This document shows positions 13,101-28,100 of a stretch of DNA of 64,000 nt, in pieces. The position numbers were made by a program, and so were the translations under genes. The notes beneath the pieces are model-generated. The model was not told where the DNA came from. It did no database searches and was given only the letters and a program-made list of their open reading frames with translations. The stretch lies in NCBI GenBank assembly GCA_037379345.1, contig CM074514.1, forward strand, positions 9,238,001 to 9,302,000, given 5' to 3'. This DNA is from Perna viridis (Eukaryota). Numbering within the stretch: position 1 is the first letter of the stretch; each line of letters begins with the position of its first letter.

Positions 13101-16100
13101 ATTCCAATTCTTCCCATCACGGTACATTATGTCATTCAATAAATGCATAACCCATGCAATTAGTAATGAAAATCTTGAAAAAATTATGCTAAATTATCAT
13201 CTCTCAACGCTCTCACCACATGCCCCTCAAATCCATCTGAACACAATCGATTTTACAACCTCTGTAAAAAATCATTAATTTTGAAGTAAAATTGTATGAA
13301 CGCCTGGTGAAGGACATTAATCCAGCGCTTCTACTTTGTTGTTGTGATACACTGTATTTCCTCTTTCCGATTAATAAAGGCCATAAAATCAAAAGAGGTT
13401 TCTTTCTCTAGCTTATGTTAGGGTGGCGCACCACGAAGAATCCTTCTTCCAGTGCGGCTTTTTTGATCGATTAATATAATCGTCTTAAGCTTTTACAATT
13501 CAGTTTATTCCGATTCTTAGCCTCATATATCTGAATACACTTATTCACTATATTTACATCTTAATTCAGAGGCGTGTTCATGGCGATCAGATAGCACCCG
13601 ATGTTATCCAGGAAACTGTACAAATGAAGTAGTAGAGTCTTGCTCTTGTACCTCTGGATTTGGCGGAACTCAATGTGATACAAGTAAGCTCTTTCTTATT
13701 GTTTAAATTTGTGTTTATTACCATAATTTTATACTTTAAAAATTTCTCGTGTTTAGATTATGACAAAAATCCATGCATGAAACGGTGAAGAGAAAACAAA
13801 AGAAAGTGTACCAAAAAGATAGTCATGAAATAAGAATGGAAACTAGGCTTCCATCCTATCACAAGTGAGATTTATGAACGCAAATTATTCTTTCTTCAAA
13901 AGCCGTGCACTTTGGACAACAAACATTTATCTAAAGCAATCTTCTTGAATCGATTATATTCATATTTGATGGACCCCAGTCGTAAACATCTTGGTTATGT
14001 TCCAGATGTAGTAACCTTACTTCATAAATATAGTTTACATGAATATTTACTTGGATTTATTCAAGATGGACACTTCCCCTCAAAACAAGAATGGAAAAGA
14101 ATCATTAAACAGAAAGTGTCTAATGTACAAGCCAGCGAATGGTCTACTCGCATAAATAACGATAGTGACTTTGTTAAATTTCGCGAAATACATAATACTT
14201 TGCAAAATATTGGAGAAACTCAGAAACAGAACATGAAATAAAAAGGTCATACTTTATAACAAAACTATTGACGGACGTTCCCAGTGGTTCACTAATTATA
14301 TGTTTAATATGTAATAGACAATACGTAGACTTTTTTGCCATATTTCTTGTACATGTTCTGCAACCAACGTCTTGAGACAAATCTGGCGGGACTTTATAAT
14401 CGAAAACTTCGACCTAGAACTGTTTACAGAACTTGACTCATACTCCTAGGATGATCTTTTTTATTATTCTACTTGGGAAAATACCGAACACTATTTAAAG
14501 CAGCGATGATGACGCAATTAACTTCACTAAATTGTGCCACGCTCATGTTGTACAATGCGCCGCAGAATACAACCGCCGATTTAGGCTTGTTTGTGATAAC
14601 GTTAACGTGGATTGTACTAATACAGATATCCCCGATTGAAATGCATGTTTCATGAAATAATTGTAAATATTTGATATCTTTCTCCATTTTTACATGTAAT
14701 AATGTTTTGTTATTTGCTATATATAAACTGTTCATATATCTTATGTATTCGAGGAAATGAAGGTATGAATGAAAAGTCTAATGCATTCCCATTATAATTT
14801 TATTTAATATTACATTACAGTTACGGAAGAAACGTCGATCCTGTTTGCTGAGATAAAGTTACATAATCCTTCTCATGAAACTGTGACGACACCGACAGAT
14901 CCAAGTGAGACCGGTGCACAGCCGATCAAATTTACAAACAAAGGGGATTTAAATAAAGCAGAAATAGAATTTCATGCAAAGTTTGTCGCTTCTGGTATAC
15001 CTCCACCTCTGGATCCTGAACATTTTGTGACGTATTTTACTCATGGCATTGTTTATGGGCAGATGATATTGGAATATGCAATAGGTTAGTTTTTTGTTTT
15101 TGTATAAATAAGAATTTCCCTTTTCTAAATAAATAACACTACGACAAAAATAATGAAGTAATTTTGATCAATTGCATACAATAATTAAAACCTGATTTTT
15201 TGATAAATTGATTGAGTACACTTCATAAAGTGAACTTTTCACCCTTCGCCATGCAAATATATTGCAAATTTCTTTCTTTGTAGGTCAAATTGATTTTTTT
15301 TTATTTATTTATTTCGTTTTGATAGAGCCTGTCACCTGAACCTAAGGCCAGTATTTGAGATATCATTATAAGTGAAAACCAAATTGCATCATGTAAAATC
15401 CAAGTTTTTTGTTTGAATTACAGGATCATCCAGCAATTTTAGCACATTTAGTTGTCCTGCCACCGAAGATTACCCTATTACAACAAGTTATGTATGTTCA
15501 AGAACAAACACTAACAATAGTGCAATATCTCTACCCACATTCGGTCACAGTGACAAGTAAGTATGGCAAAAAAGAAATGAAACTTTTTGATGCCCTAATT
15601 TTGATCAGACTATGTGGACAATTTTCAGTGCGAATACTGGCTTTCGACAATACCAGTGTCAATGAATAAATGACATTGTGAGGATGTAGACAATTCATTT
15701 CTGTGAGAAATCCAAATGCTTAATTATCCTGAATACAATAATAAGACAATAAGACAATACTTAATTTGATAAACCTCAGAAACACAAATGAACAAGAGGA
15801 CATATACACATTCAAACATAGTCACAACTAACACAGACAACTATTTTATAAACCACATTCAATACATTCCCAATTTTTTTACAAATACATAACATTTCAC
15901 TACAAAAAACTTTGAATTTTTTTAATGAAATGAGCGAGGTCTTTGTACAGTTCAGTATGACATAGTTTAAATAAATCAAAATTTGTTTGTTCAGTTGATT
16001 ATTGTAAATAATATTTTTATCTAAGTTCTAGTATTTCTCTTTTCTGATGAAATTCATCGTCCGTTCCATTTCTACATAATTGGCATGTTCGTTCATCTCG

Positions 16101-19100
16101 TGAAATTCTTGATCATCTCCCGGTTTCAATATGGATCTTTAAATTTTAGTGTCTGAATTTAGATATAAACAGTCTATCTGTTTGTTGTAAACGTAGCAGA
16201 TAATTTTCTAGGCCAAAGGTAGTGTTATATTTTAAATAGAAGTCGCCACGACTTGAGTTAGACATGTTAAACTGCCAGTGTTGTATAAACTCAATTGCAC
16301 CGAAAGCATTGACTCAAATACTTGCTTTTCTTATGGTATTTGGTCATTCCAGATCAACGATGATCCAGTATCATAAAAAATCGATTTAACATGGGAAGTT
16401 CACTTGAATTTGTCTGGGTCTAAAAAATGTAATTTTAACATAACTTGGTACATGATTTGGGGTAGATTTGTATTGTTTAATAGAAGGTTGTTCCAAAACA
16501 TTACCATTCTACATTTGATACTAATATTTGAAGTAAATCAACCCAATTCTCCATAGATCATATAGTTTGGCGTGGTATTTCGAACTCTCAAAATTTTCTT
16601 ACAAAATTGTAAATGAATACTTTCCATTTCTTCTTTTTTGTCGAAACCCAAAACTTCAAATGCATTTAACAGTATTGGACTTATCAATGAGTCAAAAAGG
16701 TTAAGCAATAAATCAATTGGTATGCTTAATTTTTTATTTTTTGCATACAAAGCATAAAGGGCCTTTTGGCTTTGATAACACAGCTTTTTCTTTGCTTTGT
16801 GAAAACTTTCATTATAACTAAATAACACACCTAAGTATGAATAAGTTTCTACAATATCAATATCTTTCAACTTTTGTTTGACTAGTGTTCACTCTTAATT
16901 TTCAAAGCTCACTGTATCTTTCAAAGCATGTCAAACTCTTTCTGCATATCATTTACGCTCTTTGATAATAATGCTGTATCATCAGCATAAAGAATAGCAA
17001 ACAATTTTACAAATATTCCTATAGATTCTTGACATACATCAGAAAAGGTCCGAAGACATTCGATACTGTTTTCTGAAAAAAATCTTCCAAATCATTCAGA
17101 AATAGGGACAATGAAGAAGAAGACAAATTTTCTCCTTGCTTTACTCCAATGTCTGACGTAAAAAAGTCCGAAATATCTTAAAAAATAAATTGTGCATACA
17201 GAACAAAACTATTATCGAAAGTGGAATGCCCCTTTCCAAATCCAGCTTGTAATTTTGTAATCAAATTGGCATGATTTGCGTACTCATTCAACCTTTTATT
17301 CAGAACAGCAGACAGAAACTTTACTGAAGCACGAATTTAGCGTAATGCCCCAATAATATCAGGGTCAGATTTTGAATGCTATTTCTATATGTTGTTATTT
17401 TTATTCCCGTTTGCAAGCTTTCCGGAACAATATTAAATTGAATACTTTTAGATAAATTGGCATGAGGCATTCAATAGTACTTTTGATATATTCATTCAAA
17501 GTTTCGTCCAATCCAAACGCTTTTTCCATTTTTTGGTTAAGATATCGCAGAGGAAATACTTTCCACGTTATCGTCGAATTCGGAACCTTGATCAGTACAT
17601 ACATCATTACTCTCATTAAGACTTTTGAAGTGATGATACAGGGTTTTTATAGAAATATCATTGAATTTTGTTTTTCGTTATTATTTAGACTATTCATGAT
17701 TTTCCAAAGTGACTTTGGATTTTTCTTTGAATGTTCTCTTAATTCATTAGCTACTTTTTTAAAAAGTACTTATAATGCGAACATTTTTTCTTTTTTGTTT
17801 TGAAGGCTTGTTTTTACAATACAAGCCCGTAATGGAGGTTACTTAAGATACCTGAACAGAGAAAACTCTTTGACATCAACAATCAGAACATCACTCACGG
17901 GTATTACAACAACAAGGAGTTACACTGTACAATGGGATTATATTACTCCTTATTATACCTGTCTAAAGAACTTTGGCAGAAGTTGTTCCGACTCACCAAT
18001 AGATGTAACGGATATTACCGATCAGGTAATTATTACTTTTCAAAAGTTAATTGTACTAAGTGTTCATGTTAAGTGTATATCAAATAAGAACTTCTTGCAT
18101 TTTCAGGAAGGTTCGAGATTCAAATATACATTGTACTAACCCTTAAATACAAACTTTTGATGGGTGTTGGACATCATAAAACAACGTAAACATTTCTACG
18201 ACTCATATTTTGATCTAAATGGTTGCTTGATTTTTTTTTCAAATTGCAACAAACTAAAGCCCTCTGATCTAGAAATAATTCTACCTATAGTGGATTTCAT
18301 GTCGTTTTTTTACTTTCGTTATACCCCAAGTACTGTAAAGTGAGGATACATAGTGATATGGGTGTCCGTCCATTTGCCCTTCTCTCCGTTACACAAATGT
18401 GTACTCGTTTCTTATCTGTTAAATTTAGGTTACAGACCACCAATTCAACCAATGAGCATTTGGAACGTAGGCAAAAATAGTCCTACGCAGAAATTACCCC
18501 TGTTCCTCATAGTGCTGTGAAAAAAGTTCTCATCTCATTTAAAAAATTTAAACAGTTTCTGAAAGGAAAAACATTTCTGTTCATTTTATAGGTGCATTTT
18601 GCTTCTTGCGATGTGAAGCCTAATCTCCATAATGATTTCTAATATACCCCTGTCTTGTGAAAACACTGGGATTTCCCATGCTATTTATAGACACTTCACT
18701 TCCGGTGACCAGTACTGCGCTGCAAGTCTGCTAACCCCACATGCCATTCTGAGGATTGTGAGCTGACATATGTAGAATCATGCTGATATATAGTCCTCTG
18801 CAGGTTAAAATTAAGGTTAAGTCCAGAGAAGCCATTGAATATTGTGAAATTAGCATAGAAGCCTATGGGAAGCGGAATTAGTGGTTTTTAGCCTAAATCT
18901 CCTACACCGCTGAACGGAGTTTAATCCTTTATTACAAATTCCTATTGTGAACCTCCTATTTAAGGTTTTGGCCTAAATTAATTTGGAGGTTACAATGCGC
19001 GTGCTATCACGTTGGGAGTGGGGTATTAATTTAGTTAACTTTGCTAACAGTTTTTTAAGGCATTAAGGCATTGAGGGTGAGCAATAAATAGGGTTATTAG

Positions 19101-22100
19101 TTTTTGATCATTTAAAAGTTGTCTTTCATTTTTCTCCCCGTATACATATCATTAAATAACATAAGGAATTATTTGCAATGTTAACGTTTTAGAATACTTT
19201 TCCACAGTGAGTCCACCTTATTTGTCTAGGAATACATTTTTGAACATTGTCTTTGGTATTTTAAAGTGATTTACTACAGTATTTGGTCATTTTTTCAACA
19301 AAATACAATTATACATATTTTCTAAATATCCTTATTTGAGATATAAGATTTCCAATTTTTAAAAAAAATTCAAAATGGAATCTTTAAATTCTACAGAAAT
19401 TGACAATGTTTACATGGAAAGCATGGTCAGACGATTTAGCTGGAGTAGATTTCTATGAGTATGAAATTCATCGCATGGCTGATTATGGTTCTGTTCTTAG
19501 AGAAGCAAACAAGCTATTTCATTCCAATGAGACAAATTTTAAAGAGGTACAAGTATGAAAACAGAGTATCGAAAGATTAACAAACATATCACTGCCTATT
19601 ACCACATCAAAATTAAAAAGTGATGATCAGATTTTTACACTACCCTTCTTGACATGCGCGGTCACAAATGATCTTGGAAAGCTGCATTTGCATTTTAACT
19701 TCTATTCTAAAGTTTCTATCGCGAGAGATTCTTCATATTGAAATTAAGTATGGTTCTACCTAAAAACAAGGCAGGTAGTGATTCATCATGTCTTAAGATA
19801 ATCAATTTAACTGTATAAATACATTTGTTATGTCCTAACAACAACTCTTCCTACGTTCATATCCTCGGATCTGATACTTATTGTGAAATATTTTTTGACT
19901 GGTTATAATGTAAACATTCTGGTGTGAAGTTTTCTTGTACTTTTTCTGTAGTAGAACATAACCACAATTTACGTGTTTTAAATATCTCCAGTGGGCAACT
20001 TTCATTTGCACTTATATTTTTGAATACAGTTACTATGAGGCCTACTGAACGATTTCCAATAAAAAAATATTTGGGTTTTCCTATGTATCTTGAAATACAT
20101 TTTGACTGGTTATAGTGTAAAAATTCTGTCGGGAAATATTCCCGTACTTTTTCTGTAGTAGCACATAACCAAAATTTAAGTTTCAATATCTCCAGTGGAC
20201 TACTTTTATTAGCACTTTTATTTCTTAATACAGTTTCTATTGGGCCTAAAGAGAGACGTGCAATGAAAAAAGTTTTGTATTAAAAAATGCATGAATCACC
20301 CTTAATAACCATCTGCCTGGTTTTAAGGTAGAGCTGTACTTAAGTATTGAAGCAAGCGTTAAGCATTTATTGTTTAATAACCTTTTAAAGTACTAATAGA
20401 GCACAGGGATGGTAAGAAACTATGTTTTGTCAAATAGTTTTTGCGTAAGGTGAGCTAAATTGTTAATAATATCAACATTGGCAAATACCATGGCTTCATC
20501 ATTTTGTACCAATGTAAAAATTAATCAAACAGAAATCGTTGGTTACACTTTAAAACATCTTGAAAGAGCACAACCTGGTTAGGAACGAAGGGATATAACA
20601 AACATTCAAACTTTCAATTAAACTTACATGTCATTTTGTAGATAATTTATTAATTAATACTAAGAATAAAATTTAATGATTATAATGTTAAATCTATTAA
20701 AATGTGATTGTAGTACAGAGAAATTTGGTACGGGAACGGAATACATATTTTGTATCTTTCCCTAAAAATCAAATATAATAAATGTTCGTTTCTAATGGTA
20801 CATTTTTCCCTCAGGGTAAATTTAATGTAACACAGCCAGGCATGTACTCCATCATCCTCACAGCTTTCGATAAGGCTGGTAACTATAAGTCAACAAGATC
20901 ATTATTGTTCTTTGACGATCAGTCAGTGGTAGAAAAAATAGAGGGAACTAGAACGGTAGTCAAGGAGAGCACCATGGATACCAACCGGACATGGGTAGTC
21001 TCAGGAACAAATCTACTTCATGTCACGTGGCCTGGCAGATTTATAAATGAAAGACATGATTTGAATAAATGGTTATTTCCAGTCGATAACAACAGTCACG
21101 TGGATGATTTGTATGACGACTACTTTCAAAGAAGAACTGTTAACTGGTTTACTAATGTCAAAGGTATCAGTTCGCCAGTACTTTCACTTAACTTTGACTT
21201 AAGCATTCTCACTGTAATAATTTAAGGTAATAGAAAACAATAATTGAGATACAAAAAAAATGTTATCTTTTTTCTTGTATCTGTTTTGTACATTTATTAT
21301 TTTATACAAATTTTAAATTGTATGGAGTATTCTCTAATAAGTGGTAAAACCATATTTCAGAGATTATGGTTTATTTTAAATCTCCTGAAACAAATCTTAC
21401 AAAATAATGTGTTAAATGATTTTAGAACACAATGTTTGTTTAGCATATCGTGAAGAAGCGAGACCAAAGTATCATATCTTCTGAAACTGAATTTAGAACC
21501 AAAATTTATAAAAAAAAAAAAAAAAAAATTATAATATAGCTTGTAAATTATTCTTCGGTTGTAGGAGTTGTTAAATTCGACGTTAACTATACAGTATCCG
21601 GTCAAGATGTCAAGTCGTACAAAGCCTACACCAACGTGATAGATATTTTACAGGAAACGGAAGTACTTAACGTCGTTTGGGAAGATGGCGAGAAACTGGA
21701 CATCTTTGTAAAAGCAACAGACATTATTGGAAAGTATACTGAAGATTTTATAACAGTGTATCGGGATGTAACCTATCCAGTAATAGAAAATTTATGGCTG
21801 TCATATGGGAATGAAACAAAAATATTTGTACACCGCTTGGAGGAATTTACAGAAATGACGTAAGGAATTTAATGTACATGTATCATAACTTTGTAAGTTT
21901 TCTCAAAACAATATACTGCCAATACGTGTTATATATATCTTAATTTATGTTTTTTTTTGTCTTGATTTTCAAAACAAAGAGATATGTTATTTGACTGGAT
22001 GTTTTGCAGGATGCAGAGTTGAATCATGCTATTCATTAACTTCGAAGAAAATCGTGGCAAAACAACAGGCAGGTGCTAAAGATGGGACGGGGTAAAACAA

Positions 22101-25100
22101 ACTTGATGGGCCGTAAACCTCCCAGTTCTTTTTTCAATATGCAGACAACAAAATACATAATAAAACACGAGAAAAAAATCAGTGAAAAGTGGACTGAATC
22201 CAATGTAAACAAAGCGCTCGATTGAGGGGATTTTTATTATTTTGATCCTGATTTAAAAACAAACTTAAGTCACATAATTTGTAAAGTTCAATCTCAATCT
22301 TAAAATAAAATCTTGTAAATGCCGAAATTTGTGTCTGATGTGACACTTCAGTTTTCATTGTTCTTCTTTCTAAAACAACAGGTTTGAATTCGATGCTTTT
22401 GATTACCACAGCGGTCTACATAATGTTCATTGGAAATTGTATGATAATTTTACTGGAAGTGAAGTTCTCCATGGAAGTTCTCACATCCTTGCTCAGGGCA
22501 ATGCACAAGTATGTATTTTCTACTGAAGTGTTAATTAATCTTCATATTGAAAAATTGATAAATTAAACAACATATTAGGATGACATGTTCCCAAGTTCAG
22601 AGCTTTCGAATTTTCTAATTAGTTTATTTTGTTTTTAAGTTTGAAAATTCATTTGAAACTGAATTAAACTGTTAACTTCCTAACATACCTATTCCTTCCA
22701 GATAAAAAAATGTTGGGTAAAAAGTTGAAGAAATTTAAAATTAGTAAAATGTGTTCTCTTCATGACTCTTATATAATTTGATAGCAAAACAAAGGATATG
22801 AATTATAAATTAAAATTGTCATGTTCAGCGTAGAAATAGATTTTTGAAAGGTCAAATATGATAAATAAACAAGTCTTTCAAGAGGAAAGTCCGTAAATAA
22901 CGTCAATTTTAGATTGTCGGAATTAACATATTTTTCATTGTATGTACAGATGTTGATTTGACTTGTTTTGACTTAAATCAGCAGTTTTATTTCTGTTTTT
23001 ATTTCATTCTCATGATAAGAACTGTGACATTTTTTTTTAAAGAATATAACTTTGTGTGAAGATCTCTACGAGACTGCTCCTCGTGGACCTGTATGTTACT
23101 GTACATTATATCATGGATGTTTCCATCGACATTTTTATATTAAACCGGAAATAGTATTCGGAGCTGGTCTTGATCCAGGAAAAGACAAGGGCCTGCACGA
23201 ATCAGATTATTTCATAGAAATCACAGTAGTTAACCAGGCAATGTTGACTTCAGTACTTACTCGAAAGGTAAATAATTTGATACACATTACAATATATATT
23301 CTAAAACAACATGTTACCGAAGCATGCTTTTAATATATATAAATTAGTTAATTATGTACTTATATTAGAAATAAAACTCTAAGAAGTAACAGGATTCCTT
23401 GGCAGCAAGCGTTTTAATAACTTTGATATAGTTTATCTGAATTTATGGATCGGAAATCTATACAAGTGTACAAATTCAGTAAAGAGAAGTTCTTTTGCAT
23501 GTATAACTTAATCCTCTTTTCATTTTGCCATTGATTATTTTCAATTTCAAGTGTATTTGAAGGAAATATAAACGTGCAAATTATTAGTAAATCAAGAAAT
23601 TTTAGTTTATTATGATATAAACGTATTCTAGGTTAATTGACCAAGATTATGTCAATTTCTTTGGAAGACAAACCATTTTATTACAGATTACTATTGATAT
23701 TAGTCCACCACAACCAGGCAGTGTACATGATGGTGTAACAGGAAGTCCAGAGGTTGATTATCAGCAGGATTTAACATTAAACTTTCACTGGGACGGGTTC
23801 TTTGATCCGGAGAGTGGAGTAAAGTACTACAAATACATAATTTCGGACCATTGTCAGAACAAAGATGATATTTTAACTAGCGATCAGGTATCATGAAAGG
23901 CATGATTTTTTTGACAATGTATCCTCTTGTCTTATGTTTGACATTTCTGTAGTAATATTTCAGCCTTATTCTCAAGCTTTGATAGATATTTACTAGACTT
24001 TTGATATGATTTTTACAAGTCATTGGTTTTATACATCATTGATTCACTTTGTTGATAATGTCTGTATGATTAGCCTATAAAGAATTTATGATTGCAAAGA
24101 AACCATACACATGCATTTATTTTAATACTTGCAACTCATACTTTCCTTTTCTGTTTCAAACTGTTATTTTTAGATGAAAGAAACCACAGTGACGTCCGTC
24201 AGCCATAGAACTACTGTAGAGGGTACATACTTTATTACTGTAGTGGCTTTGAACAAAGCAAACGATGCTTCGTATGCTGTGTGTTCAGACGGTGTCACAA
24301 TAGTAACAATTACACCATCGGTAAAAAATGTCGTTATTGAGGGATCAAGAACAGCCCAGCAACTCATTGAAGACACGAATGGCATTCTGTGGATTATGGC
24401 AGAAAATATGACACGAGCACCATATAATAAATCTTTAGGCTGCAGGTATATACATTATGATGGAATATTTTCCTCATTATGATGGAATATTTTCCCAGTT
24501 TTCAACGGTTATATTTTGTGTTGGTTTTTACATATTGTAAAATGTTCGTCAATCTAACTTTAAACTATATTTTATTCCTTACATTTAATTTTGATAAAAT
24601 TATTTTTTTTGTAGCGCAAGTCCTTCGATAATAGATGATATTAAACTGATTCCAGAGACACATCCATCTTCGGTGACATGTAACCAGCTTCAGACATCCA
24701 GTACTAACTTGTTACAGATTGTACCCCAAACGTCTCAAGTTTGTATGATATCTTCAAAACGTATAAGGATTCAAACAGATGTATACCTCATAATAACTTA
24801 ATTAAAAAACTAAATAAATACATTTCCGACAATTTATCATAACATGTAGACAGACTGATAATCAAAATTTTCCAATCAAGTCTTATATCATTCGTTCGTT
24901 TAAGAATATATATATGTAGCTTCCAATAATATTCAGATTTCTTTAACTTGAAACTATTTGTTAGTTTTTTTATGATCACTAGTAAAATGATTTTTTTATC
25001 AAACTTGATAAATATTACTGTAACAACTATGAATTATATTGAAATCGTATGTAGATGGTTATTACCTGGGACTCAGTGGATGATGAGAGAATTGTGTTTG

Positions 25101-28100
25101 ACTATGAAATAGGATATGCATCCACCAGACAGAGTCTTGCCCCTGATATTTTACCCTTCAGATCAACCAAACATCATCGTCACATCAGAATAGATAATCC
25201 AGATCTAACAGAGGGAACTTTATTTTATATTGTTATAAAAAGTATTAGTAAAAGTGGAGTTACAGGATATCAGGTACAATATAAATGAGTTAATGAATGA
25301 TTTACAATTTTGCCAAAAAATCAGTGGATATTTCTGTGTTTTCAGGTATTAATCTTGGACCTATCTACAGTTGATACGCTCCCAAAGGGAGCATACATGG
25401 CTGTATAATCAACTGGATCCTACTTACTTACGGGAAAAAAGCATCAATATCCGGTTTTTCCATGTAAAATTGACAGCTTCATTTTCGTATACTTGGTAAA
25501 AGCAATTGAGGACCACACCAGTCTAGGAAACAGAAAGTAGATTCGATGATTTAATCCAAACCGAATCTGAGCTGTTTCTAAGATAGGGATGGTCAAATCA
25601 TGACACTCGAATGTTTACGAAAATTACGTAATCAATACCGGAAAATTGACCCAAAGATATTTCCGACCATGACAACCCACAGTTCCTTATCAAAGCTGGA
25701 CATTACGGCCCATACCTATTTTAGACCATGAGAATGGGAAAATGCATAACGACAACAAAAATCGTATATTATTACACATTTGACCAGTTACAAAATTTAT
25801 GGAAGGACTTAGGTGTTTGAATTCATGTTTTTTTCAGGAGCGTTAAAGGTTTCACTTAAGTCATATCATTATCTTATGGAGCTATACATGTATTCATAAC
25901 TTTCTATAGTTACGTATTAAATTCTTTGTAACTTATTGTAATACACTGTTTAGAAACTATGAGGCTGATAATAGAATAACAAATTTTTCCAATGAAATTA
26001 TTTAAGGAATACGTTTTGTAGGATCAGTAATGTCGAAAGTCGTATTTGCATTGAGGTGAATGTCACCGTCCATGTGTGTATGTTTTTTTTTAGAGTATTG
26101 GACCAATTATAATAGACGTGACACCTCCAACATATCATGGATCATCCATAGATATTAAATACAAGGACGGAATACTTATTGCAAATTGGTCAAAAGGAGC
26201 CTTTCAAGACACCGAGGACCCTCATCTCCTAAATTTTCAATTTGCAATAGGTAAGGATAACTAATTTCTTTATTTTCTATCGTTAATATTATCAAAAGTA
26301 CATTAAGAAAAAAAACAATACTTATTCTGCATGATATGTTAAATATTTAAGTTCAACCAGATAGTGCTACTAATGCATTTGCCAAAGGTATAGTAAGGGT
26401 TTGAATCCATTATTCATTATTAGCAAATAGACCTCAGTGTCTTGAGACATCTTGAGGCGTCTTAAGACATTAACATACGTCTTGACACACAAGTGGAACG
26501 TCCTAAGACATGGTTTCGATTATTTTGTGTCTTGAAATGTCTCAAGACACATGTCTTGAAGACATCTCTGGAATGAAAAATGTCTTCGTGACACACGGAA
26601 AAATTTTTTTTCATGCCTTGAAGACATGATGTCAAAAAATGATCGGGAGCCTCCAAAATGGATTTTAAACTTATTTCAGTGAATTGGACTATGCCATGTC
26701 TTGAAGACATATTTTCAAGATGCAATAGAAGTTAAATAACCCATTACTATTTAAAGCCGTCTTATAGATTTAAGCTACTAGTAGATTTTCGCACAGTTCG
26801 GAAGTAAAGATATGAAAAAGGTACCGGTTTCACGTGTTCTTAAGATACTTTACAATAAGTTCCGAGAAGTCATGCCAGGAACGGAAAGGACTAAATTACA
26901 AGAAAAGCCAAAGAAAATGGAAAGCATTCTTCATAGCATAACTTGTTCATGAATATCATCCGCTAGTAGGTTATTCTAATTGAAACCAGTTAAAAATTAA
27001 CTGGCCACTTGGTGAAATTATTGTACAATGAATTTAAATCGTGTAACTTTAAACATCCTTCTTTCGGAAACACTGGTCACTAAAATTCAAAAGTATACAC
27101 CTTATATTTTAAGAAAACTGAAACAAAATTTGGCTTTATTCTTTCATTGTCCACTCAGAAAGATAAATTTTCTGGTCAGTTTATATCATAGTTCATTTAC
27201 TCTGTCTAAAGTATTGTTGAGATATAATTATTAAAAACATAAATTTTAGTGGGCATTTATAAAGGATCGAGTATTTATATAAAATACGTTTTCGAATTTG
27301 AAATTGGTACGAACTTGAAAAGGGACGAAATTTACTGGGGACGAACTAATAGTTGGTACTAACCTGGTTTCCGAAATACGGCACCAGTTAATGTGCACGG
27401 ACGAATTGTGTTGTGAACGAGTTGTGAACTGCAGACTTTCTTGCCTAAGAAAATGACCAACATTTAGTCAGATAAGTATTTTCATTATTTTATTTGTTAA
27501 CCGAAGAATTTGAGACTGCATTTTTTATATCGCATGAAACACAGAAAACGCCACGTTTTTTTGTACTCACAAAACATTTGTATACAGCCTTACCGGTACT
27601 AGTGTTTTATTAAAAGCATTGGAAGAAATTGTCAATAGACCTACGGACCGAGTGTATGGAAAATTAAGCAGGTCTATGATGAAATTGGCTCAAGTTGCAA
27701 TAAAATGTACAGTGCTGTCTATGTAAGTTTATGATGGGTCTTTGTTGACAAAAAAAAATCAATTTCTAACACTGTATAAGTACATATACAAGATAGCTTT
27801 GTGGATTTTCGGAAATTGGAAAGTATGCTTTTTCCCGGGTACATATACATATGCTTTGAAATCACATTTCACTAGAAATTCAACTTGTCTCACTTTGACA
27901 CAATTTAAATAATTATACATGTTATGGACAAATATCATTTAACAAAGAAATTTCCAAGATGATAAACCCTGAATGAATTGGATAAGACACAGTCGTATGT
28001 ATGTAACTGAAATGATATTTAAAACCTGGTGCTTTGTGGTTTATCTTTTTATTTTGTAGTCAGAATCAAATCTTATGGATGCCGACGAGGACTACGCAAG

